From a virus (Duplodnaviria > Caudoviricetes), in the IMG/VR virus record IMGVR_UViG_3300030372_001516, positions 1-26,414 of that record: a stretch of 26,414 bases of DNA. One strand, written 5' to 3'. The translations under genes and the position numbers were made by a program. Below, piece by piece: positions 17,618 through 26,102 of the stretch; the first letter of the stretch is position 1; each line of letters begins with the position of its first letter. A model generated the notes under the pieces. That model did not search any database, had not been told where the DNA came from, and was given only the letters and a program-made list of their open reading frames with translations.

Positions 17618-19671
17618 TAGTCATTACCAATCTTAACAGGTCTACCTTGAACAGCCTCAAGGGCTAGTTCTTGCTCGTTTAACTGTAGTTGTGATTTTTT
17701 AATCTCTAAATCTTTGTTTTTAAGTGCAAGGTTAATAGCCGATTCTTCTTGTTTTAGTTTTAACTCTTGGGCTTTAATTTGTGTTTCAATCTCTAACTCT
17801 TTAGCTTGTAGTTGTAGTTTTTGTAATTCAACTTGTGCTTTTTGTGCTGCAACCTGCTCATCGATTGTTGGTTGTGCTGGTTGTGGTGGTGGCATCATCT
17901 GTGGGTTAGATATAAACTGATCGGTATTTTTATACCCAGCTTGTGCTATAAACTCGCTAACTGCATTGTATATATTCTGCGGTTGCACTAGAGAACCCAT
18001 GCCTCCTTGTTGCACAATCGTTGATATAATTTGCATAATACTGTTCATAGTCTGCATTTTGCTCTGTTGTGAGCCACTTCCAACGCCTACATTTACAGTA
18101 CAGTTAAGTTTTTCCTTCCATCTTGATACATCAATCGGCACAAACTTGCCGTTGAGATAAAACATTTTCTCACGATCCTCGTATCTTTGTATCAGCGAAT
18201 AGATGTTTCTAAATAAATCTTTGATACCTGTCTCTGCAAATATACGTGCAATCAGCTCAATTCTTTGCATTGACGATTCAGTTGCTGCTGATATCGCACC
18301 ACTTGTTACATGCGAGGTTAAAACATCAGGATTCAGTCCTTGTGTCATTTTAGACACCCCGCTTCTCTCCTCTCTGATACCATCAAGGTATTGCACCATT
18401 TGAAAAGCATAAGGTTGTATTTGTGGTGTCGGCAGGGCAGTTACAGCATTTGGGCTTCGCATACGCACAATACCACCAGGCCTTGATGTAAGTAGGTCGT
18501 CTAACTCTACTTGTCCTGCAAGAACTGCGTATCTTGCGTTGTTGGTTAGATACATATTGTCTAACAAGTTTCTAACAATCGTTGATTTAATTAACTGTAT
18601 GTCTGAAACTGTATCAGCAATACTCATGCCGTAAAACTTATGTGGTATTGGTAGTGGACAGATAGCCGAGAAAGGAATCATGTCTACTTCTACATTATCG
18701 AGTATGTATTTACCACCTTTGGTTATCTTGCGTAACTCTGCTATACCATCGCCATCGAAGTCTATACGAATGTAACACTCATCAATCCAAACTTTTTTAG
18801 ATGGGCCTTCACCCTCTGATGGTGGTACTGAATCATCATCATAGCTAAATCTTGCAAGCCTTTCCTCGTTAAGTTCAGCGTCTGAGTTGTTATAACTTGG
18901 TATTTCATCGAGTAATTTAGCATCAAAGCCCTCTTGTATTAGCTCACTTACGCTTTTTTTAACTCTGTGGCAGACAAAATCTGCATCGAGTAAATCTGTT
19001 GCTCTTCTTGATACCAAAAACTCTTCAGGTGGTACAGACAATACTCTAACTTGACCACCAACTTTAGTTCTTTTAACTTTTACATCGTGTTTGACAACTT
19101 GCGGGGATAACATTATGCCGTTATCATCGACTTGTGCCTCTTGCACAATTTCCTCTGTGTGTTGTAAAACTTCTAAATCATCATTTGCAAGGATAGCCTG
19201 ATATTCAATCTCAGTCAGATTGGTATAATCTTCTTTGCTAACCTCTGTTTTCTCTTCCCAATAATGCTTGATAATGCCTGTTTTGCTAATAAGTGCGTCT
19301 TTAAAGGCATCATATAGCACTTTAAAACCATTGTTTTGCCTGTTAAACACATAATTAACATAGTTGGTAGCTTGCTCTGCCATTTGTACATCTTCAGGGC
19401 CTTGTGGCTCAAACTCTGCAATATTGTGATGTGTGGTAAAGATACGCATGAGACTTGGCATAATATACTCAACTGTATCTCTAACATCAGTTGTTACAAT
19501 CTCTGATCTACCATCAATCTCATTACCAAACTTCTCACCAAGATAATACTTCATTGAATCTTCTCTTTGGCTTGAAAGTTCACTATTTGCATAGCCTGTT
19601 GCAGCTTCAATTTGTGTAGATAAATGAGAAACTAGCTCATTTTCTGTCATTTTTCTTGGTTTTTTTGCCAT
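17617..19671 (-). CDS. Portal protein (P22-like, with C-terminal coiled-coil barrel)
   Basis: YY.GE.FGNE.DGRS.IV..DV.DTVE...PSLMRIF; FKDAL..K.G; VPPEEFL; DGDGIAELRK; PH.FYG.S.AD...D.Q; Q-rich C-terminal helix. Confidence 0.93.
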   Translation of the reverse strand: MAKKPRKMTENELVSHLSTQIEAATGYANSELSSQREDSMKYYLGEKFGNEIDGRSEIVTTDVRDTVEYIMPSLMRIFTTHHNIAEFEPQGPEDVQMAEQATNYVNYVFNRQNNGFKVLYDAFKDALISKTGIIKHYWEEKTEVSKEDYTNLTEIEYQAILANDDLEVLQHTEEIVQEAQVDDNGIMLSPQVVKHDVKVKRTKVGGQVRVLSVPPEEFLVSRRATDLLDADFVCHRVKKSVSELIQEGFDAKLLDEIPSYNNSDAELNEERLARFSYDDDSVPPSEGEGPSKKVWIDECYIRIDFDGDGIAELRKITKGGKYILDNVEVDMIPFSAICPLPIPHKFYGMSIADTVSDIQLIKSTIVRNLLDNMYLTNNARYAVLAGQVELDDLLTSRPGGIVRMRSPNAVTALPTPQIQPYAFQMVQYLDGIREERSGVSKMTQGLNPDVLTSHVTSGAISAATESSMQRIELIARIFAETGIKDLFRNIYSLIQRYEDREKMFYLNGKFVPIDVSRWKEKLNCTVNVGVGSGSQQSKMQTMNSIMQIISTIVQQGGMGSLVQPQNIYNAVSEFIAQAGYKNTDQFISNPQMMPPPQPAQPTIDEQVAAQKAQVELQKLQLQAKELEIETQIKAQELKLKQEESAINLALKNKDLEIKKSQLQLNEQELALEAVQGRPVKIGND

Positions 19672-19795
19672 TAGATTCCTTTTTTTCTAAATTTTTTAAT
19701 TTTTCTTCGAGTTCAATAATTTTAATTTCTAAGTCTTGTATTTTAAATGCCATTGAAGTTGGCGTTCTGCAAAGCGTTGGTTTTTCGTCTGTCAT
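19637..19795 (-). CDS. Small coiled-coil protein, 52 aa
   Basis: Hand translation MTDEKPTLCRTPTSMAFKIQDLEIKIIELEEKLKNLEKKESNGKKTKKNDRK; overlaps portal start. Confidence 0.6.
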   Translation of the reverse strand: MTDEKPTLCRTPTSMAFKIQDLEIKIIELEEKLKNLEKKESNGKKTKKNDRK

Positions 19796-19809
19796 TGTCT
19801 TTTACTTTT

Positions 19810-20157
19810 TTACTTTTTTACTTTTTTTTTGCCAAGTTTGCTAAATGTTTTTTTGTATGCTCTTTCTAATCTTGTTTGTAATATTTCACTATCACTTGGT
19901 GCAAAAACTCTTTTTACATTTCTTGCTCCTTTGCCGCCATATTTCATAACACCTAAAGTAAGAGCAGGTAATACATTAGGAATTGAGAAAATATCTCTAA
20001 TCTTTCTATTGTATACTTTATCTCTATTCCTAGATTGTGTTTCAAACTCTTTAGAGGTTAATGTATTTACTGGAGCATTTGGGTGTACTACATTTTCATT
20101 AAAAAATTTCATTTTAGCTCTTTGTTCTTTAAATCTTTGTGCTGCTGATTTTGCCAT
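19810..20157 (-). CDS. Basic hypothetical protein
   Basis: AGGAGA RBS; K/R-rich. Confidence 0.7.
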   Translation of the reverse strand: MAKSAAQRFKEQRAKMKFFNENVVHPNAPVNTLTSKEFETQSRNRDKVYNRKIRDIFSIPNVLPALTLGVMKYGGKGARNVKRVFAPSDSEILQTRLERAYKKTFSKLGKKKVKK

Positions 20158-20185
20158 TGTTATCTCCTATATAATTTTTTAGCCA

Positions 20186-20512
20186 TTATTTATCCTCATA
20201 AACAGATGGTCTACCTGTAATATTGTAGGCCTTGCCTGTTTTTTTTTGCTGTTTTATTCTTTTATGTCTTTCTAATTCCTTTCCAGCAACAGCTCCTGCA
20301 CCAAACCCCAATGCTACTTTAGCTCCAGTTGATAATCCTTTCCCTGAAGATGGTTTGGGAAATTTTCCTGTAGTCGTTGCTAGTTTTTGTCTTCTCTTAA
20401 GAGAACCACCTACACTTTTTGTGAGCGCTTCTCTTGTTTTTTTATTTTTAGCAATTACTTGTGCTGCTTTTGATGCCGCTGCTAGTAATGCTCCTACTAT
20501 TGGTGCTGCCAT
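20186..20512 (-). CDS. Basic Ala/Gly/Lys-rich hypothetical protein
   Basis: AGGAGA RBS; ends ITGRPSVYEDK. Confidence 0.7.
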   Translation of the reverse strand: MAAPIVGALLAAASKAAQVIAKNKKTREALTKSVGGSLKRRQKLATTTGKFPKPSSGKGLSTGAKVALGFGAGAVAGKELERHKRIKQQKKTGKAYNITGRPSVYEDK

Positions 20513-20521
20513 GTCTATCTC

Positions 20522-21940
20522 CTAAACTATTGCGACATCAGGGCCTAGTCTACCTTTACTATTCCACCTAGATGTCTCGGTTGTTGAATGTCTAAGACTC
20601 AATGTTGCATAACGTGTTGCTGCCATTAAGTCGTCTTTAATTTTAACAATCTTGCCGTCTTTTCTATGATAAAGCCTGTATTCCTCAAACCAATCATACA
20701 ATGTGTTAAATACTTTAAATTTCCCTTGCTCCATGCGTGTCAATATCTCCATAATGCCTGACTCGACACTTAATGTGCCTTTTTTCTCACCTAAAGCTGG
20801 TGGGTTTTCAAAGTGAAAAGGCATCATATTGACATGACTCATTCGATACTGCTCTGCAAGGGCAATCCCACTACCTTTATCGTGCTGATACCCGTCATGT
20901 GGCCAAACTATTGGGATGTAGTGTGAACCCTCTCGCTGGTTAATATTACTTGCATGATAGTCAGGTGTCTGTTTAGACATCTTGTAGCAATCATAGACAT
21001 AAACAATATCATCATCACGATCCCAAGCAATCCAAACGACTGCTGTTGGGTGGTCGTAGCCAAAGTCAATAGCTGCGATACGTGCAAAGTGATTGGGAAT
21101 AATAAAAGGCTCGCAAGCCAAAGTGTCCTCATCTATGGGGAAAACCAGCCCACTACCAATCATTGGTATACCCTTTGATCTCATGTCTCGCTCATGCTGT
21201 GGTAGGGCTTGTAGAATCTGCTCTTTCATAGACTCTGTTAAATGCTCTGCATCTTCCCAGCCAGCTGTGATTAATGCCTGTCCTGCTCTTAAATCAGAGG
21301 TAAAGTTTTGTACTACCTCTGTCATGCCGTTTTCAGGGGTAAAGGTCAAATAAACCATACCTGCCTTATCAAGCGTTCTGGTAATACATTGAGAATAGAT
21401 ATCCTGTGGAGGTTCTTCATCTAGCCAAATAAGGTCTAAACTCTCACCCATAAACTTCTCACTTCCCATTTCATAAGCCTTAAAGGCAACCCTCGACCAA
21501 CCTCCTGATTTATGTTTTACAAGGACTGATGAGTGCGCATTAGGGACACCAGGCTTCCTTGTGGTTTCGCCAATGAGATGTTTTGGGATTGATCCTTTTC
21601 CCTTATCTCTTGGGTTGTCGGGTTGCCCAAATAATTCTCTTTGACAAATATCTCTTGTGGTTTCATTACTCGCACCACAGACCCAAGCTTTAATGGGCTT
21701 ATCGTATTTTCTACCTGTCCACCAATCAGGATAAAGTCCTGTCAAATGAGCCGCCATCTCCATAGCACCTACATAGGATTTTCCCACCCTGTTTGCTGCC
21801 ATAAGTAAACGCTGACTCGCCTGCCTGCCAGTATCGTGAAAGTTCTTTTGAAACCTATAAGGTTGGTAGTAGTTGAGCTTATTCTCAGATTGCCGTTGAT
21901 CTAGGGTGCTGAGAATCTCAGATATTCTCTCGTTAGACAT
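20522..21940 (-). CDS. terL: Terminase large subunit (P22 gp2-like)
   Basis: Walker A LMAANRVGKS, Walker B LIWLDEEP, coupling motif TFTP, RNase H-like nuclease IDFGYDHP and KDDLMAATRYA. Confidence 0.96.
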   Translation of the reverse strand: MSNERISEILSTLDQRQSENKLNYYQPYRFQKNFHDTGRQASQRLLMAANRVGKSYVGAMEMAAHLTGLYPDWWTGRKYDKPIKAWVCGASNETTRDICQRELFGQPDNPRDKGKGSIPKHLIGETTRKPGVPNAHSSVLVKHKSGGWSRVAFKAYEMGSEKFMGESLDLIWLDEEPPQDIYSQCITRTLDKAGMVYLTFTPENGMTEVVQNFTSDLRAGQALITAGWEDAEHLTESMKEQILQALPQHERDMRSKGIPMIGSGLVFPIDEDTLACEPFIIPNHFARIAAIDFGYDHPTAVVWIAWDRDDDIVYVYDCYKMSKQTPDYHASNINQREGSHYIPIVWPHDGYQHDKGSGIALAEQYRMSHVNMMPFHFENPPALGEKKGTLSVESGIMEILTRMEQGKFKVFNTLYDWFEEYRLYHRKDGKIVKIKDDLMAATRYATLSLRHSTTETSRWNSKGRLGPDVAIV

Positions 21941-21955
21941 AGTATTCCACTTCTA

Positions 21956-21984
21956 AGTCTAATATAAAAATTACCCTCTCACAA
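21956..21984 (-). promoter_or_regulatory. Possible promoter for the terL/structural operon
   Basis: TTGTGA-17 nt-TAGACT just upstream of terL; weak match in AT-rich DNA. Confidence 0.25.
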
Positions 21985-22496
21985 GCCCTAATAGATTGAA
22001 TTGGGCGTTTTATCAATATATTGGTAGGTAGGGTATGGGATATATAAGGATATGCTTATAGACTTAATATTCCCACCATAGTGTGGGTCAATATACACAT
22101 ACATACGTGTGGTCGATAGGGGGTCTGACTATATTAGGATTCGATAATATAGATTCTATGTATTTATATAAAGTTTCTAGGACACCTAATAGCCTCATTA
22201 AGCCTATATGAATTATTTTTAGTAGTTTAGTAGTACATAATATTTATTGGTTGATGCCTAGCGCATAAGGTCTCTCAATAAACTATGGATTTATTTATGT
22301 GTGCGGGTGTGTATGGCTAGTAGTCTTTTATCTCCACTCAATACACCTCAATGGCAGCTATAAACAGTCCATAAAAGAGACTTATATTGTCTATTGTTGA
22401 GGTATATATAGGTGTTAGAGGGAATCATCATCTGGGCGTTGGTTTTCCTGCGTTTTTTCTTGTTTAGTATTGATCGATATTGTTATTAGACAAGTA

Positions 22497-22530
22497 ATAT
22501 AAAAGCCTCACATATTTCTATATGAGGCTT
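22497..22530 (-). terminator. Intrinsic terminator ending the early units
   Basis: Stem AAGCCTCA/TGAGGCTT ending in a T-run on the minus strand, 30 nt after the 22560 stop. Confidence 0.75.
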
Positions 22531-22559
22531 ATTATTTTAAAGTTGATTATTGGCTTATT

Positions 22560-22775
22560 CTACTTCCACAAGTCCAATGGATAATCTCTACATATCTCCT
22601 CTAGCTCCTTACTGTTATGTTTTATTTTTTCTGGATTTGTGAATACAATTTTAAACTGTGGTTTTATTTTACATATATAGTTTATTTCGTGTTCCGTATA
22701 AATGTTTCTAAAATAAAAGATATGGCTATCATCATATTGCTCTAATTGTTTTTTTCTTTGCTCGGTTAGTTTCAT
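22560..22775 (-). CDS. Hypothetical early protein
   Basis: ORF with upstream GAGGA, followed by terminator. Confidence 0.65.
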   Translation of the reverse strand: MKLTEQRKKQLEQYDDSHIFYFRNIYTEHEINYICKIKPQFKIVFTNPEKIKHNSKELEEICRDYPLDLWK

Positions 22776-22779
22776 ATTT

Positions 22780-22944
22780 TCATCCTCGTTGTTTTGGTTG
22801 GTTGTCGTCCCATAATCTCTCTAAAATTGACAAAACCTCTTTAGACTTTGAGCCATCATCACCACAAGCTAAATCTACAGCTTGTTGTATATATCTCTCA
22901 CTCCACATAATTGGTGTGCCATTTGATTTTTTTGGTATATTCAT
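22780..22944 (-). CDS. Hypothetical early protein, 54 aa
   Basis: MNIPKKSNGTPIMWSERYIQQAVDLACGDDGSKSKEVLSILERLWDDNQPKQRG; GAGGA RBS, directly after promoter. Confidence 0.7.
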   Translation of the reverse strand: MNIPKKSNGTPIMWSERYIQQAVDLACGDDGSKSKEVLSILERLWDDNQPKQRG

Positions 22945-22977
22945 TGTTTTTCCTCATAATGTTTATTAATTACTAAT

Positions 22978-23005
22978 ATTATATAGAAGAATTAATTCTT
23001 ATCAA
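22978..23005 (-). promoter_or_regulatory. Sigma70-type promoter with palindromic operator
   Basis: TTGATA-16 nt-TATAAT; AAGAATTAATTCTT at 22987-23000. Confidence 0.7.
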
Positions 23006-23033
23006 TAAAAAAGAGCCATAAATGTATGGCTCT
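23006..23033 (-). terminator. Intrinsic terminator
   Basis: Stem AGAGCCATA/TATGGCTCT, 4-nt loop, followed by TTTTT on the minus strand; abuts the next -35 box. Confidence 0.8.
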
Positions 23034-23058
23034 CTATATGTTTATATATGGTTATTGA

Positions 23059-23421
23059 TTAATAAATAGTGTCGTATAGCTCATATCCTAGTATTGTTTT
23101 AAGTATTTCTTCTGGTTGTATTTCATAAGTGTGTTCTATTTGCCATTCATCTAGATCCAATGACCACTCATCATTTATAAGATTATCATTTTTATCTACA
23201 TACCAATATTCATCAAAGCTATCATAATAAGAGTTATTATTGATATCTGGTATATTATCGAGTTTATCTCGTACTATATTAGCAATTTTAGAGAAATCAA
23301 AAGTATAATCTTCATCTATCAAAGTCCCATAAAGACTATGATTTAATAAACTTATATTGTTGATAGTTTCTTTATCTAATAAAGGTATAAATTTATCATA
23401 TATTATTTTATCTATATTCAT
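23059..23421 (-). CDS. Acidic, aromatic-rich early protein
   Basis: GGAG RBS; D/E/Y/W-rich. Confidence 0.75.
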   Translation of the reverse strand: MNIDKIIYDKFIPLLDKETINNISLLNHSLYGTLIDEDYTFDFSKIANIVRDKLDNIPDINNNSYYDSFDEYWYVDKNDNLINDEWSLDLDEWQIEHTYEIQPEEILKTILGYELYDTIY

Positions 23422-23588
23422 TGTTTTTTTCTCCGCTTTCTTAAATATCTCAATATCTGTATATCTTGTTTGTATTTAACCAGGTCAAATATTGGTGTTT
23501 TTGGCTTGTTTTTTCTAATCTCACATCTTAAATACTGAATTGTTAGTTCAATATCCAATGGACTATTTGGTTGTATTAATCTACTCAT
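23418..23588 (-). CDS. Basic hypothetical protein, 56 aa
   Basis: MSRLIQPNSPLDIELTIQYLRCEIRKNKPKTPIFDLVKYKQDIQILRYLRKRRKKQ; TAATG and ATGA coupling fill the gap exactly. Confidence 0.65.
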   Translation of the reverse strand: MSRLIQPNSPLDIELTIQYLRCEIRKNKPKTPIFDLVKYKQDIQILRYLRKRRKKQ

Positions 23589-24169
23589 TACTTTTTACCC
23601 TTAAGATTGTTTTTAATTAAAGAGTGATTATAAGTGCTGTTAATAGAGTTTATAATCTTGTTTTTAATAATGTTTTGCTCTTTTTCTTTGGCTTTTGTTT
23701 CTGCAGAATTATTATCTTTTCTCATCCTTATTAAATCTAAAGGATTAGATAAATTATATTCTGATACTTTTTCAATCTTGAATGATACGTTTTCCATAAC
23801 TTTATTAATTGATTTAATCATTTCAATCTGTTTCTTTTGTAATAAATTCAAAGAATTATAATCAATATTAGATATAAAAGTTTTTAATTCTTCTTCATTT
23901 GTTCCATATTTTCCTATTCCATAGGATTTTACATGGTTATTTTCATCAAAATATAAAACCTCAACAGCGTTATAGGTTGATTTTTTAGGATTACACCATT
24001 TATTGGTTTTAGGATTTAAAGTCTGTTTTATGAATCTATCTCCTTTATTATTTGATTCAATCCAATATTTAACTTTAGTTTTTAACCTGAAACCCCATGG
24101 ATAATTGTTTACTTCAATAGCTGTATCAAAATTAACAGCATTATATATGTACTTTTTTTCTATATTCAT
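23588..24169 (-). CDS. Hypothetical early protein
   Basis: GAGGT RBS; V.NYPWGFRL.T...YWIE....G.RF..QT.NPKT.KW..PKKSTY looks like a folded conserved domain. Confidence 0.8.
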   Translation of the reverse strand: MNIEKKYIYNAVNFDTAIEVNNYPWGFRLKTKVKYWIESNNKGDRFIKQTLNPKTNKWCNPKKSTYNAVEVLYFDENNHVKSYGIGKYGTNEEELKTFISNIDYNSLNLLQKKQIEMIKSINKVMENVSFKIEKVSEYNLSNPLDLIRMRKDNNSAETKAKEKEQNIIKNKIINSINSTYNHSLIKNNLKGKK

Positions 24170-24176
24170 TGTTTTT

Positions 24177-24338
24177 TTACCTCAAAAATATAATTAATAA
24201 TATTGGTAAAATTAATATCACCAATAACCCGCTCATAAATGCTTTTTCCCCGTCAGTCACATTTGATGTATATACAATATATGTATATATCAAACTTGCT
24301 AAACAAAAGAGAAAAACAAAAAAATATAAATCAATCAT
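24177..24338 (-). CDS. Small two-helix membrane protein, 53 aa
   Basis: MIDLYFFVFLFCLASLIYTYIVYTSNVTDGEKAFMSGLLVILILPILLIIFLR; GAGGT RBS; first gene after promoter. Confidence 0.65.
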   Translation of the reverse strand: MIDLYFFVFLFCLASLIYTYIVYTSNVTDGEKAFMSGLLVILILPILLIIFLR

Positions 24339-24373
24339 CTTTTTTTAACCTCATATAATTGTTTTATATTATT

Positions 24374-24403
24374 ACTCTATCATGAAATAATTCATTAATT
24401 CAA
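24374..24403 (-). promoter_or_regulatory. Sigma70-type promoter with palindromic operator
   Basis: TTGAAT-18 nt-TAGAGT with extended -10 TGn; ATGAAATAATTCAT at 24382-24395. Confidence 0.55.
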
Positions 24404-24443
24404 TATATCTTTTATTTATTTATGCAGCTGAGATTATTTTTGT

Positions 24444-24511
24444 AGATTGAATAAGATTGAATGATAGATTGAATGATCTATTGTTTGGCTAGTTTTGGCT
24501 AGTTTTGGCTA
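24444..24511. repeat. Short tandem repeats AGATTGAAT x3 and TTTGGCTA x3
   Basis: AGATTGAAT at 24444, 24454 and 24466; TTTGGCTA with 10-bp period across 24484-24511. Confidence 0.9.
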
Positions 24512-24595
24512 AATTGTTAGTCTGAGATTGGCTCTCTCGCGCATTTCTGTGATTAATTGTGGGTGTTACTTGGCGAAATTAGACCATGACGCTAA

Positions 24596-25108
24596 TCAAT
24601 CTTCAGTCATTATTTCAACTTCTTTTAATCGTTTATCAGATTCTTTAATTAGTTTATTTATTTGTTTATTACGTTTTCTATGGTCTTTGACAGTGCTTTT
24701 TATTTTGTTAATTTTTCTACTCGTAGTTTTTTTAATTATACTTTTCTCAATATTTCTTCGCATACTTAAATAATTTTTTTCATAATCGGGCATAGAATAA
24801 TCATAACTAGAAGAAGCATAGATATCTTCACGTCCTGACAATAGTGTTGCTAAGGTCATTTCAGCAGTATCAGATTTTGCTAACAATAATTCAGTTTCAA
24901 TATCATGGTTTTCTATATCTCTGAAATCTGCTTCCTTGAATGCTGTTTTTCTAAATCGATATCCTTTATACCATTTTTTGCTTGAAAAACTTTGTGCATA
25001 CAAATGTTTTTTAAAACCAATTTTCTGATTCATCTTACCCTGCTCTACTAGACCTTCTTCGTCTAATAGAGGTTCATCTGAAAATATTTGGTATTTATAT
25101 TTAATCAT
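24596..25108 (-). CDS. Hypothetical protein with basic coiled-coil C-terminus
   Basis: 170-aa ORF in operon orientation. Confidence 0.65.
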   Translation of the reverse strand: MIKYKYQIFSDEPLLDEEGLVEQGKMNQKIGFKKHLYAQSFSSKKWYKGYRFRKTAFKEADFRDIENHDIETELLLAKSDTAEMTLATLLSGREDIYASSSYDYSMPDYEKNYLSMRRNIEKSIIKKTTSRKINKIKSTVKDHRKRNKQINKLIKESDKRLKEVEIMTED

Positions 25109-25156
25109 TCAGTTTCCTATGTTTTTCTTCTCGCATGTTTTGTTCTTCAGTTAATT

Positions 25157-25429
25157 TCATTCGTTAATCCTCTCTTCATAATCATACATTCTTATATAGT
25201 GAGGCTCATTAGCCTCTTCATCTGTTATCATTTGGTAACTCCAATCTCCATGATCCATGATATCTTCTAGTGTTAATGAATAAATATCTATGTAATCTTT
25301 ATCATCTTCATCAATTCCTTCTTGCCAATCTATTGAGTGAAAATCACATAATTGATATCTTAAATCTTCAAGTGTTTCATAAACTCTGCCTTCTAAAACT
25401 CCTTGATTATCTATTCTTAATACTTTCAT
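25157..25429 (-). CDS. Highly acidic small early protein
   Basis: AGGAGA RBS, ATGA coupling; D/E-rich. Confidence 0.75.
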   Translation of the reverse strand: MKVLRIDNQGVLEGRVYETLEDLRYQLCDFHSIDWQEGIDEDDKDYIDIYSLTLEDIMDHGDWSYQMITDEEANEPHYIRMYDYEERINE

Positions 25430-25707
25430 TTATATATCTCCTTGCTGATTGGTATTTTTTTTAGATCATCTCCATGTGTATAATCTAATTCTTCTATTTC
25501 CCAATGACCGCAATTTGCGTCAAACTTTCTAAAAAATTCTTTTCCCAAATAATAAATTTCATTATCTATTATATCTTTCATCATACCGATATCTTTTTCG
25601 GTGTATCTGTCATCTAAAATAGTATCTCTATGTTCAAAATCATCTAAGTCTATTATTTTAGAAATAGTATAAACATCTATGCCTGTAATTTTTACTCTAT
25701 CTACCAT
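25426..25707 (-). CDS. Acidic small early protein
   Basis: GAGGGGA RBS; D/E-rich. Confidence 0.75.
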   Translation of the reverse strand: MVDRVKITGIDVYTISKIIDLDDFEHRDTILDDRYTEKDIGMMKDIIDNEIYYLGKEFFRKFDANCGHWEIEELDYTHGDDLKKIPISKEIYK

Positions 25708-25912
25708 TTATATCCCCTCTCAATTTATTAATGCTTATTGAATCATAAGGCATAGAGCAAGTTTGGTCATAGCCCTCGTTAGTGGTTTCCATTTCATATA
25801 AACTTATTCCGATAGCGTCATCTTCGCCATCAGAATGAATATTAATATCTATCTTTTCGCCTTTAGGCGTGGTTATAGACACCCATTCATCTAAATAATC
25901 AAGTTTACTCAT
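25697..25912 (-). CDS. Acidic small early protein
   Basis: AGGAGA RBS. Confidence 0.7.
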   Translation of the reverse strand: MSKLDYLDEWVSITTPKGEKIDINIHSDGEDDAIGISLYEMETTNEGYDQTCSMPYDSISINKLRGDINGR

Positions 25913-26078
25913 CTTCTTTCTCCTTATACAATTTCTCTACTTCACATGCACACTCTCCACATCTATAACCCTCTTTATCATCATTGTAAGATGGGTATCT
26001 GTTTACAAAACGACCACTTCCAAAATGACAAGGTTTGCTACAATCAACACATATTTGTTTATCGAATAAATCAATCAT
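25905..26078 (-). CDS. Small zinc-finger-like protein, 57 aa
   Basis: MIDLFDKQICVDCSKPCHFGSGRFVNRYPSYNDDKEGYRCGECACEVEKLYKEKEDE: two CxxC motifs; AGGAGG RBS. Confidence 0.75.
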   Translation of the reverse strand: MIDLFDKQICVDCSKPCHFGSGRFVNRYPSYNDDKEGYRCGECACEVEKLYKEKEDE

Positions 26079-26102
26079 TTGTTATCCTCCTATATCTACT
26101 TG

